Source: an uncultured Gemmatimonadales bacterium (GTDB lineage: Bacteria > Gemmatimonadota > Gemmatimonadetes > Longimicrobiales > Gaopeijiaceae). From it: a stretch of 64,000 nucleotides of DNA. Location: contig CAWELD010000003.1 of the NCBI GenBank assembly GCA_963809895.1, forward strand, positions 1,440,001 to 1,504,000, read 5' to 3'. Under the pieces are notes generated by a model. The model did no database searches. It had not been told where the DNA came from and was given only the letters and a program-made list of their open reading frames with translations. This document shows, in pieces, positions 47,860-58,700 of the stretch. A program made the position numbers and the translations under genes. Every line of letters starts with the position of its first letter. Position 1 is the first letter of the stretch.

Positions 47860-50800
47860 ATGTCGTCCCACAGGTTCCGGTTTTCCCTGCTCGGGATGCC
47901 GCGGGTGGTCGGAGTCACCGACGGTGAGTCCGTCGAGCTCCCCCTCGGCAAACCCCTCGCTGCCCTTGCGTACGTAACCCTCGCGGAAGGCCCGGTCACT
48001 CGCGAGGATCTGGCCAATCTCCTGTGGCCATCCAGTCCCCTGGATCGCGGGCGGGCGTCCGTGCGCCAGGCGATCTGGCTGCTGCGCAAGCAGATCCATC
48101 CCGACGTGCTCATCGACACCGAGGGCCGCCTGGCGGTCGCGCCTGGAGTGCTGACGCACGATCTCGTCGAGCTGGGAGAGCTCATCAGCCGTGGTAAGCT
48201 CGATGCGGCGTGGTCTCTATGGAATGGCGGGCCCCTGCGCGGCCTCGCCGTCTCCGACGCTCCCGCGTGGGAGACGTGGGCGGACGAGCTCCGTACGCGC
48301 TGGGAGCGCCGCTTCGGTGAAGCCCTTGAAACGGCCGCCGCGGGCCTGCCCCCGGAGGAGCGACTCACCTGGTTGGACCGGGCCCTGGAGGTGCGGCCCT
48401 TTCGCCAGACCGTCCATACCTCGCGCGTGCGCACCCTCATCGAGCTGAGGCGCGAGGAAGCTGCGGAGGAGGCCCTGCACAGACTCCGCTCGGTGGTGGA
48501 CGAGCCTGATCCGGAGCTCGTGCGCGAGTTGGAAGAGGCCCTCAGGGGCCTCAAGCGACATATCGTCGACGCGGCCACCGACCGCCTGGTCCCCGAATTC
48601 GTGGGCCGGTCCGAGGAATTGGCCGAGCTGGGCACCCTCTGGCAGTCGGTGCTCTCTGCTCGACCCCGGATGGTCGCCATCATGGGGCCGGCGGGAATCG
48701 GTAAGTCCCGCCTCGCCGCCGAACTCTTGCGACGTGCCAGTCTCGATGGAGCCGTGGTGGCCGACGCTGCGGGTCTGGACGTGGAACGGGCCCTCGAGCT
48801 CGGCGTCCTGGCCACGCTGGTCCGTGATCTCCTGACCCTCCCCGGGGCGGCTGGGATCAGTGCCGGCTCGATCGAGGCTCTCCACACGCTCCTGCCGTCG
48901 GAACGGCGACAGGGGACCCCACTCCACCCTGCGACGCCAGCGGCGCTCTCGGACGCGCTATTGGACCTTCTGGAGGCCGTCTCGCACGAGGCCCCGCTCG
49001 TGCTCCTGGTGGAGGATGTCCATTGGGTCGACCCCGCCTCCCGCACGCTGCTGCTCAGGGCCCTCCGGACCCTTCGAGGCGCGCGGGTCCTGATCGTGTG
49101 GACCTGCCGTACGGAGGAAGGTGATGCCTCCACGCTCCACACCATCGAGGGCCTGGAGCGCACGCATCGGGCTGCTGTTCTTCACCTCTCACCGCTCTCG
49201 TTGGCCGAGGTGCGTGAGATGGTCACCCTCATGGTGGACAGCTCTTCGGCGGACAGCATCGAGCGGCTCGCACGGGCGCTCCACGACACGTCGAACGGCA
49301 ACCCGCTCCACGCCGTTGAATTGCTGCAGGGCCTCAGGGAGGAGGGGGTCTTCGTTCAAGAGCCCGGCCATGGGTGGCTGCTGGTCGAGGAACGGATACC
49401 GGCAGCGCTGCAGCTGCCTCCGTCGGTGCGCCAGGCGCTGGAGAGGCGACTGGCGCACCTGTCACCCGAAGCGTTCACTCTCGCCCGCGAGTTGGCCAGC
49501 CACGACCGGCCTCAGGCGCCAAGGACGCTCATGGCGTCCTCAGAGCTGTCTCCGGCGCGCGAGGCAGACGCGCTCCACGAACTGCTACAACGCAATGTCG
49601 TCCACTGGACGCGAGACGATCGGCTGGACTTCGCGCACTCGGCGATCCGCGAGGCGGTGGGACCGCCGGCGTCGGTCACGAGCCCCAAGCGGCGATGGTT
49701 GGCCTACGCCCTCGCGACCGCTGCGGTGCTCGTCATTGCCTTGGTGACCCAGGCCAACCACAAGAGCGACGCCCCCCCGCCCTTCGGCGGTGGGACGATA
49801 TGGGTCGTCTCGGGCCGCACGTTGCACGGGTACCAGGTGTCACCAGGGACGCCGGTGTCTCTGCACGAGTTGGATTCGATCTCGCTGCCGGCTGGCTTCC
49901 AGGGCGGACACGCACCCCGACAGGGCCCGGACGGAAGCCGATGGGTCCCTGGCTACACAGATCTCGATCCGGTAGAAGCTCCAGACGCCGCGATTCTGCG
50001 GAACGGCCGCATACGCAAGGTCTTCTCTTCTGACGGCGACGACGCAGTGCGGGCATTCGAGCCGAATCTACAGGCGGCCGTGCTCTCGGTGCAGGCCCCA
50101 GACACCGGCCGGTATCACCAGACCGTGGCGCGCCTGAACCTTCGCACGGGCGAGGTCACCACCATCGCCACCGCCGAGCCGAGCATAACTGCGTCGGAGT
50201 GGGCTTGGGATGGTTCTCTGATTCTCGCGAAGATCGACGCCGCCTGGGACACGCTCGTGGTCCTCCGGCCCGACGGACGACGTATCGCCTCCAAAGCGTC
50301 TCTGGACCCGGACATCTCGACCCCGACGCTGTGCGCGTCGCGTGGCGTCCTGGCAGCATCTCTGCCGCGCGGAGGTCTGAGCCACTCCTGGTACTGGAAC
50401 CTGGCCACCGATGAGGTCGTGAACGTGCGGTCTCCGACGGCGATGAAGGGCACGATGGTGTGCTCTCCCGACGGCTCGGCCGTGGCCTACCTCGTGGATG
50501 GACCTGACGGAGACCAACTGGAGATCAAGGAGTTGCAGGGAGCCATCGTGACGACCCTGGACCTTCCGTTCCCGGCCATGCGCGTGCTCTGGAGCCCTGA
50601 TCCGGCACCGGCACCGGCACGGGTCGTCGTGCAAACGACGGACACGGTGCTGGCGCGCGGTGCGCGCACCCGAATTGCAGCGCGAGTGCTGGACGCGGAC
50701 GGGCGCGACATGGATCTGCCCGTGGAATGGAGCTCCAATGATCCGGCCATTGCATCGGTGGCGGGGGAAGGCCAGATCTGGGCCAACCGCGCCGGCACGA

Positions 50801-51582
50801 CCGTGCTGCGGGGCGCGGTCTATGGGTGGATCCGGGACTCGGTGCGAATCAGGGTCACCGACAATGGAACCTCGCGCTCGATCCTCCTCTCGGACTCTTT
50901 CCCGACGCTGGACGAGTCACGCTGGCAGATCCTGGGCTATCCAGCCCCTCAGGTAGTCACCGACGAGACCGACCGCCCCGCCCTGGACATGCGCGGTGAT
51001 GGACGCTCCGCCGACGGCATCGTCTCGATGCGGGACTTCGCCCTCGGGCAAGGCGCGACCCTGGAAGCCAACTTTCGCCTGCCCCTTTATCGCGTGGACC
51101 GCGAGTCCATCGCCGTCTGTTTGTTGCAGGCCGAACCGGGCTCGCAACCCGAGATCTTCGGTACCTGGGAGCGCACGGAGCAGTGGTGCGCGGGGTGGCC
51201 CGCCAGGGAACTGGCCGACTTCGATCCCGATCTGGTGATGCTGCACGAGTTCGGCACCGACTTGGGTCCGGTCGATGCCGGAGCCTTCCTGAATCAGGAC
51301 GACTGGAATCGCTTCGCGCTGCAGATGCGGCCCGACGGGCGCGTGAGCCTGTTCGTGAACGACCGCTTTCTGGTGTCCCACCCGGTGCGGGCCGACAATT
51401 CAGCCGACACCCGCTGGCGGGTGCTCATCGTGGACCGCGCCGCCGACACGCGCCTCTTCCTGCGCGACGTGACCCTGTGGAACGAGGCGCGTTATCCGGT
51501 CCCGGACGTGGGGATCGCGCCGGAGGCAGCTCCGCACGCCGACGACGACGGTCAGCCAGGGGGAGAACCGCGGCAGCCCTGA
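47860..51582 (+). CDS. Membrane-spanning multidomain regulator: wHTH/BTAD + STAND-type ATPase + TM + beta-propeller-like + Ig-like + lectin-like domains
   Basis: SARP-like N-terminus (TREDLANLLWP...RASVRQAIWLLRK), FVGRSEEL, Walker A GPAGIGKS, Walker B LLVEDVHWVD, GNPL, TM WLAYALATAAVLVIALV, TolB-like CSPDGSAVAY, Big_2-like WSSNDPAIASV. Confidence 0.8.
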   Translation: MSSHRFRFSLLGMPRVVGVTDGESVELPLGKPLAALAYVTLAEGPVTREDLANLLWPSSPLDRGRASVRQAIWLLRKQIHPDVLIDTEGRLAVAPGVLTHDLVELGELISRGKLDAAWSLWNGGPLRGLAVSDAPAWETWADELRTRWERRFGEALETAAAGLPPEERLTWLDRALEVRPFRQTVHTSRVRTLIELRREEAAEEALHRLRSVVDEPDPELVRELEEALRGLKRHIVDAATDRLVPEFVGRSEELAELGTLWQSVLSARPRMVAIMGPAGIGKSRLAAELLRRASLDGAVVADAAGLDVERALELGVLATLVRDLLTLPGAAGISAGSIEALHTLLPSERRQGTPLHPATPAALSDALLDLLEAVSHEAPLVLLVEDVHWVDPASRTLLLRALRTLRGARVLIVWTCRTEEGDASTLHTIEGLERTHRAAVLHLSPLSLAEVREMVTLMVDSSSADSIERLARALHDTSNGNPLHAVELLQGLREEGVFVQEPGHGWLLVEERIPAALQLPPSVRQALERRLAHLSPEAFTLARELASHDRPQAPRTLMASSELSPAREADALHELLQRNVVHWTRDDRLDFAHSAIREAVGPPASVTSPKRRWLAYALATAAVLVIALVTQANHKSDAPPPFGGGTIWVVSGRTLHGYQVSPGTPVSLHELDSISLPAGFQGGHAPRQGPDGSRWVPGYTDLDPVEAPDAAILRNGRIRKVFSSDGDDAVRAFEPNLQAAVLSVQAPDTGRYHQTVARLNLRTGEVTTIATAEPSITASEWAWDGSLILAKIDAAWDTLVVLRPDGRRIASKASLDPDISTPTLCASRGVLAASLPRGGLSHSWYWNLATDEVVNVRSPTAMKGTMVCSPDGSAVAYLVDGPDGDQLEIKELQGAIVTTLDLPFPAMRVLWSPDPAPAPARVVVQTTDTVLARGARTRIAARVLDADGRDMDLPVEWSSNDPAIASVAGEGQIWANRAGTTVLRGAVYGWIRDSVRIRVTDNGTSRSILLSDSFPTLDESRWQILGYPAPQVVTDETDRPALDMRGDGRSADGIVSMRDFALGQGATLEANFRLPLYRVDRESIAVCLLQAEPGSQPEIFGTWERTEQWCAGWPARELADFDPDLVMLHEFGTDLGPVDAGAFLNQDDWNRFALQMRPDGRVSLFVNDRFLVSHPVRADNSADTRWRVLIVDRAADTRLFLRDVTLWNEARYPVPDVGIAPEAAPHADDDGQPGGEPRQP

Positions 51583-51593
51583 CCAAGCCCCCC

Positions 51594-52601
51594 CTAGAAC
51601 GCCTCCGACCCCACCTGACAGGGCAACCTGGGATCGTCGGTGGTGCGCACCGCCCAGCGGCCGTCCACGGCCACGCGCAGGGTGATGTCGCCGTGCTGTG
51701 GGGTGCAGAAGAGCTCCACGCCCACATGTGCCTCGAGAAGGGCCAGGGTGCTGCCGTGGGGATGCGTGGTGCCGTTGGCGCTGATGAGAGCGGCTTCGGG
51801 CGTCACCTGGGCGAGCCAGCCCTCGCTGGTAGCGTCGGAGGAGCCGTGGTGGCCCACCTTGAGGACGTCCACATCGACCAACGCCGGATACTGGTTTCCG
51901 AAGCGGGCGTTGGCCTCCATCTCGGCGTCGCCGGTGCTCAGCAGGCTGAAGGAGCCCAGATCCAGCCGCACCGCCAGCGAGCCGTCGTTCAGCTCCTGAC
52001 CGTCGTCGGTGTCGTTGGCCAGGTACGTCGTGAGCGGCGGTAGCACCGTCACCTCGACCCCGCCCACCGGTCCCGCATCGAGCACGCTGCTCACCAACTC
52101 CACGTCCAGCGCCCGGTCGGCGTCGGACAGGAATCGCTGCCAGGTCACGTTGGTGCGGGTCTGGCCGTTGTAGAGGAGCCGGCGCACCACGATCCCGCTC
52201 TCCAGGATCGGGATGGCGCCCCCGAAGTGATCGTAGTGGGCGTGGGTCACCACCAGGAGGTCCAGGGTGTCGACCCCGGCCGCTTCGAGCGCCTGGAGCG
52301 CCCTCGGTCCGTCGCCGGCGTCCACCAGGCCGTACCACGGCCACACCCCTGACGAATCGGCCACCAGGAGCGCATCGCCCCCACCCCCCTCGGCGTCGGG
52401 ACCCAGGTCCAGCAGGGTCAGCGTGAGCACGGCGTCGGACACCGTGCGCTCCGTCGAAGGCGGCGTGTCGCGCAAGGTGTCCGGGCCCACCGGCGTGGTG
52501 TCGTCGCTGGACGCGCACGCCGTGGCGATGAGCGTCGTAGCCAAGGCCATGGCCACGAGGGCGGCGCGTCTCGGGAGCCGGGTCGGGAGCTGTCGTCTCA
52601 T
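51594..52601 (-). CDS. ComEC/Rec2-type metallo-beta-lactamase-fold hydrolase, predicted lipoprotein
   Basis: Signal peptide with ATAC lipobox, THAHYDHFGG, NDGSL, TGDAE, LKVGHHGS, HPH. Start ATG 52601. Confidence 0.85.
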   Translation of the reverse strand: MRRQLPTRLPRRAALVAMALATTLIATACASSDDTTPVGPDTLRDTPPSTERTVSDAVLTLTLLDLGPDAEGGGGDALLVADSSGVWPWYGLVDAGDGPRALQALEAAGVDTLDLLVVTHAHYDHFGGAIPILESGIVVRRLLYNGQTRTNVTWQRFLSDADRALDVELVSSVLDAGPVGGVEVTVLPPLTTYLANDTDDGQELNDGSLAVRLDLGSFSLLSTGDAEMEANARFGNQYPALVDVDVLKVGHHGSSDATSEGWLAQVTPEAALISANGTTHPHGSTLALLEAHVGVELFCTPQHGDITLRVAVDGRWAVRTTDDPRLPCQVGSEAF

Positions 52602-52658
52602 ACCGGGACGCTCGCCAAAGCCACCGGGCGGATCAAGGGCTCGTGGGGACACCCGGAA

Positions 52659-52710
52659 ACGGCGAAGCCCCCGCCCCGCACGAGGCGGGACGGGGGCCAG
52701 ACTTCGCCGT
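52659..52710 (-). terminator. GC-rich stem-loop downstream of the TonB receptor gene
   Basis: Minus-strand stem CCCCCGTCCCGC/GCGGGGCGGGGG with an outer ACGGCGAAG/CTTCGCCGT stem, then TTCC. Confidence 0.6.
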
Positions 52711-52722
52711 CAGGCGACGGGC

Positions 52723-55438
52723 TCAGAAGATAACCTGGAAGCCCAGATTCACCGTACGCGGGAAGCCCATGAAGATCTCGGCATCGTCCGCGTTGTGGTC
52801 GCCGTCGAAGCCGTTGAAGGACGAATTGTCCGTGGCGTCCTGAACGTACTCGGAGTCGAACAGGTTGTAGACGTTGGCGAAGAGCCGCACGTCACCGCCG
52901 TTCCACGTCCGGATCAGGTTGTTCAGCCGATACGAGGCGTGGGCCTCGAAAACGCTGTAGCCCGGAGCCTTCCAGGACTGCTTGCCGGCCTCGTCCTCAC
53001 TGGTCCGATCGAAGGGCTCGAAGTCGGCGTAGTTCTTGGCGTAGCTCTTACCCACGAGCTGGATATTGAGCCCGGCTATGGGGAAGACCGACGCCGAATA
53101 GGCCACCTGCATCTGCGGCGCATCACCCACGTAGAGGCCATCGAGATAGAAATCGTAGGTCTCGACGTCGCCGCTGCCCTCGTCGGGCCGGTAGGTGCCG
53201 GTGACGTCGTTCAGGTACTTCCAGTCGCCGATGGAACCCGCCAGGTCGAAGCGCAGCAGGTCGCTGGGCTGGAAGGCCGCCGTGGCCTCGATGCCCATGT
53301 GGCGGGCATCCACGCCCAGCAGGTTCACGAGGCCGTCCTGGCCCGTGCCCTGGAGGTTCCGGATGAAGAGGTTGTAGGTCCGGTCCTTCCAGGTCGTGTG
53401 GTACACGTTGGCGTCGAACGACCACATGCGGTCGAGGGAGCGGTACTTCACGCCCGCCTCGAACGACAGGAAGGTCTCGTTCTTCGGATCCGGATTCTTG
53501 ACGCCGGCGCCGTCGTCGATGACGCCGTCGAAGATCGGCACCTTGGACACCCAGCCCGCGTTGCCGAACAGCGACCACTCCTGGGTCACGTTCCGCACCA
53601 CGCCACCCTTGATCTGGTAGCCGGTCAGCGCGCCGCTCTTGAGCTTGAGCGTCTGGCTGGCGTTGTCGGGATCCTGCTTGAAGAAGTCCTCGAAGTTGTA
53701 CGAGATGGCCGACACGCCACCCATGGCGTACACGGAGCCGTTCTCGGTCGACTTCTCGGCCTGGGCGTATCCGCCGATCCAGTTGACCTTGTTGCGGTTG
53801 TAGTAGTCGACCTTGTCGCCGAGCTTCGCCTGGATCTCACCGGTGAACGCGTTGGCGTCGTCCAGGAAGTAGGAGCCGCCCAACAGATCACGGACCTCGC
53901 GGTAGTGATCGATGGCCGCGGTGCGCCAGTCCAGGCCCACCTCGCCGGTGATCCCGGAGTCGAAGTCCTTGCGGAGCTTCGAGATGGCGCCGATGGTCCA
54001 CTGCTTGTTCACCGAGTTGCGCAGGATGCCCCGCGAACCGGTGGCGTTGGTCTCGTTGCGATCGATGGTCGCGTTCCAATCGGCGAAGCGCTGGGTGTAG
54101 GTGTAGTCCCAGGCTACCGATCCCAGGGTGCCTGTCCCGCCGCCGGAGCCGCCGGAATAGTAGGCCACCGTGGACAGGGTGAGCCCGTTGCCCAGGTACG
54201 AGTACCAGTTGAGGTTGACCTGGGGCTTGTGGTAGTAGTTCTCCCGCTCGTTGATGAAGTCCGCGGAATGCCGGTCGAAGGTGCCGGTCTTGGGCCCGGT
54301 GCTGGCGTACTGCTCGCCCGTGTAGGACGAACTCACCGTCCCGTAGTTCGGGTTCCAGTCCTTGCCCGCCTCGGGGAACTCGCTGAGCGCCGCAGGATCA
54401 TAGCCGTCGAGGCCCGCTGCGAACTCATGGCTGTAGGTCGCGGCGTTCAGCGCGTAGAGCCGCTGCCCGTGGCGCGTGGGCGCGCCCAGCGCGTAGAGCT
54501 CCAGGCGGTTGCGCGCGTTGAGCTGGTACGACGAGGCGATATAGTAGGCCAGCCCCTCGGTCCAGAGCCCATCGACAATGCCGTCGCCCGTCTTGCGGAC
54601 GAAGGCACCGGTCAGGGCGAACTTGCCCTGCTCGCCCGTGGATCCCGTCGCGGTCGTCTTGAAGAAGCTGCCCGAGCCGAACTCCTGCTTGACCTGGACA
54701 CCGGGGTCGTTGGCCGTGGGATCGGTGATGACGTTGAGCGTGCCACCGATGGAAGGCGTGGCCAGGTTCACGGCGCTCAGACCGCGCTGGAGCTGGATGC
54801 TGGTGGTGGCGTCGCCGACGCCGTCCCAGTTGGACCAGTAGACCCAGCCGTTCTCCATGTCGTTCACGGGCACGCCGTTGATCATCACGGCGGTATTCCG
54901 CTGGCTGAAGCCACGCACGTTGATGCGCGCGTCACCGGCGCCTCCACCTTCGACGGTGGAATACACGGAGGGCGTAACATTCAGGATCAGGGGCATGTCC
55001 CGTGATCCCAAGCTGGTTCTGGATCTGGACCTTGCCCACGTCGGTGTAGGCCACCGGCGTCCTGCGCTCTTCGGCCCGTGACGCGAACACCTCGATGCCT
55101 CCCAACGAGACCGCCTCGCTGGTGAGCTCGAAGTCCAGCGTAGTGGTCTGCCCGGCCGTGACGCGCACCCCGGTCTGGCGACCCGTCGCGTACCCGATAC
55201 TCTGGGCCTGCACGTCGTAGGTGCCCGCGCGGACGGGCACACTGAAGCGGCCGTCCGTGCCCGACAGCGAGCCGAACTGGGAGCCCGACGCCAGGTCTGT
55301 CACAACGACCTGCACGCCGCTGAGCGGCTGCCCTTCGCTGGTTACGCGCCCGGCCACCGTGCCGGTCTGCGCAAGCGAAGGAGCGGCGCCCAGAGCCAGA
55401 AAGGCCACGAGCGCGGTGAGAGTTCGAACGATCTTCAT
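52723..55438 (-). CDS. TonB-dependent outer-membrane receptor with N-terminal carboxypeptidase-regulatory-like domain (one extra base near 55008)
   Basis: Signal peptide MKIVRTLTALVAFLALGAAPSLA, GTVAGRVT, plug (INVRGF, NGVPVND, IQLQRG), C-terminal PRTVNLGFQVIF. The frames join as NQLG-SRDMP. Confidence 0.9.
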
Positions 55439-55675
55439 AGTCGACCTTCCCTCCGTGGTCAGAGAGAGACGGAATGAGGGCTTAAGCGAAGCCTCCTTCA
55501 GCCCGGAAGTTGCCCGGACACGGTAAGGATAAGGACTTCCTGTAACAGCGCCAATGGCTATCGGTAACGGTGTGGGGGATTGGCGCATGGCACGGGGCCT
55601 CCGCACCTTCTGAGCCACCCTTGCGGCGCCACCGCCGAGCGTGCGCGGCACGAACGCACCACCTGAATGCGCGAA

Positions 55676-55703
55676 CCCCCGCCCGGCTTGCGCCGGACGG
55701 GGG
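55676..55703 (-). terminator. GC-rich stem-loop with GCAA tetraloop downstream of the surface-protein gene
   Basis: Minus strand CCCCCGTCCGGC-GCAA-GCCGGGCGGGGG. Confidence 0.6.
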
Positions 55704-55749
55704 CCGCGTTTCCAGCTACCCGACCGAGGTCGGGCTCAGCTACGGGTCA

Positions 55750-58700
55750 TCAGTTGGTCGTACCATCCCAGATGAGGCCGTGTCCGGCCTTGGAACCCGT
55801 GAGCTTCAGGACGAAGAAGTAGCTGCCCACAGTACCGTTCGTGAGCGCTTCGTCGTTGATGTCGGTCGGGAGCGGACCGACGTACGTGTACTCGTACGCC
55901 CGACCGAAGGCACCCGTACCGGTGTCGCTGACCACCAGGCTCCAGTTGGAGCTGTCACCGGTGTCGAGCAGGATCGCCCGGCCCGCGGTGTCGAGGTAGT
56001 ACATCGCAACGTTGTTGAAGTCGACGTTCGGCACGAAGGTGGCCGTCGTCCCCTTCAGGACAATCATCGGACGGCTGTTCGAATCCAGCAGGAACAGCCA
56101 GCCGAACTCGTCGTCAATGGTGCCCAGCGTGTTGTCGGCACCATCCGGATCCGCACCCTGCGTGCCGATACCCGGCACGATGCCGTCCTCGAAGCTACCC
56201 GAGGTGAACGGCGCGGCACCACCGTCCGCCGCAAGGCAGGTCGGCAGGCTCGTGGGCACGAAGGTGTTGAACTGCGTGTTGACCTGGCCGTAGTTGTGGC
56301 CGTAGTCCCACGACCGCCAACGCGGACCGCGAGGACGCTGCACCGTGCCGGCCCCGTCACTACCCACTTCGTCGAAGCGGAGCAGGCAGCCCAGGAACTG
56401 GGTGTTGGCGCTCAGGTTCGCACCGCGAACGATGCTGGCCGAGCCCCACGGCGCATGGCTGATGTTGACCATGGGAAGCTGCAGGGACTGACCAACGTAG
56501 GCGTTGGCGTCCACGTCAGCACCGGGTCCACCGGGCATGCCGGCGGCCGGATCGACGTACTCCTGCAGCGTCGTGATGCCGTTGAAGTCGAACGAGAAGT
56601 CCGTCTTCCGCAGGTCGGCCTGATCGAAGACCTCACCGTTGAAGGTGTAGGTCTGCAGCGGATCGAAGGTCACGACCGTGGGCATCTGGACGTTACCGAC
56701 ATCGGGACCGTCGTGGTCCGCGATGTTCTCGTCCACCGGCGAAACGTCCGTCGGGTTACCGGCACGGTCCCAGCTCGTGAACATCTGAGTCCGGTATCCG
56801 TCCGCTCCCATGGGAGCGTCCACCGTCGCCACGTAGGCGTGGAAGTCCGGCTCCGTCGGGTACGCCGCCAGATCACTCATGAAGTCGTCCACGCCAGCGG
56901 CCGGAATGGCCACCATGCCTTCACCGTCGAAGGTGAAGGGCAGGACGGTCGTCGCTCCACCCGGAGCCACGGCCTGGAGCTTGTAGCCCCAACGATGAGT
57001 GGTGGTGCTGAAGCAGCTCAGCTCACCCGCACCCTCATCGCAGCCCTGCTCGTAGTCGTCGACCACGACGCCCGCGACACCGGAGAACCCGTTGCCACGA
57101 TCGGTCGTGTAACCAGCGGCCGCGCCAGGCGCCTTGCCACCGAGCACGAAGGTCTGCTGACCGTAGTCCACATCCTCCGTACCACCGTTGGCCAGATCCT
57201 GAACCACGTGCTGGTCATCGTCGTACGAATCCCACTTGGTTCCACCCACGGGCACTGTGTCGGCCGCGTTGGAGGGATCCTCTGCACGAGGCCCGTGACG
57301 TCCGAATAGATCGGGCCCTTACCGTCCACACCCAGCAGCAGGTAGTTGGCCGCGTTGGTATGTTACCGAAGAGGTCCCAGTGACGGGCCGTCATGGCGTA
57401 GTCCAACTCGGTGTCCGAGAAGGGCGTGCCAGGCGCAGAACCCGCGTCGATGAGGCCGGGGGAATCCGTCTCCTCGGGGAGATCGGCACCGACCATCGTC
57501 AGACCCATCGCATCGGCGCCCGAGATGATGGTGGACACCGTAGACAGCGTGTTGTCAGGACCGTTGACGTACAGGAGGTTCGGCACGCCGGACGGCAGAC
57601 CGATTCCCATGAGCGTCGTGCCGGCCAGACCGGCCAGGGTGCTTCCACCCGGCCAGGCCGCACCGTTCTTGTCGATGCCCGGATAGACGTTCGGGTTGTC
57701 CGACCCCGGATCGTCCACCAGACCGCCGATGTTGTCGGTCCAGTTGACCCAGCCCAGGTTGAGGCAGCAGGCACAGGAGGACACGTCGGACCGCCGATGC
57801 CGGTGCGGCTGAACCCGGAGATACCTCGGTGGAATTGTTGGCCGGGTGCGGGCAGGTTGGAGGCGATCCATCATACCGGCCACCGGACCCTCGTTGTCCA
57901 CGCGCAGCACGTCGTTGATGACGGCCGTGCCGGACTGCAGGTCGGTACCGAAGAGGGTGATCGCCTTCACGTTGGCCAGCGTCGGGCCGAACTGCCCGAA
58001 CTGGGTCTTCGTCACCAGGGCGACGTTGCGCGCACCGATGCTGCCGGTGTTCAGCCCCGCGATGGAGGCGTAGCAGGTCGCGCCGTTGGTGGCGGTCGTT
58101 CCACCGTTCTCACAGAAGGAGAAGGTGAAGGTGTTGTTGGCGTTGTTCGGAGCGGTCAGCTCCGTGCCGCCGAAGCCCATGTCCGCGCCGCTGACGAAAC
58201 CGTCGAACATGAAGGCGGCACGCTGCAGGACCGGAGCGTTCGGATCGTACGGCGCCGAGTAGATGATCGGGTACACCGTGACGTGGATGTCACCAGACAG
58301 CCAGCGCAGACCGCTGGAGGCGCTGATGATGAAGTTCGGGAACGGATCGCCGCTCACCGGATCCACCCAGTCGGTGTTGTCCGCGATCACGCCGAGGTTC
58401 ACCGCGTCCATGTTGATGGTCGTGGCCTCGACGATAGCGTCGAACGTCTCTTCGAACTCGGTCACCGTCACACGCCCGATGATCTCCCAGTTGCCGTTCG
58501 TGAACAGCGGATGGTAGGGGCGCATCGGATCGGCGGCGATCGCCTCGAACTCGTCCGAAGTCGAGTTGTACATCTTGATCGAGGACGAGCCGTCCCGCAT
58601 CCGGATCAGATCGGAGTTCCAGGAGAACGTCACGTCGATGGCATCGTCCGCGTTGCCGGCGGCCAGCGGCGCGCCCTGCGCGAAGGTCTGACGACCGACG

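Noticed and set aside
57249..57358. Repeated CCAACGCGGCC (minus strand) near two frameshift sites as a recombination or phase-variation signal
   Set aside because: It encodes Asn-Ala-Ala in the corrected frame both times, is only 11 bp in high-GC DNA, and no recombinase is nearby.
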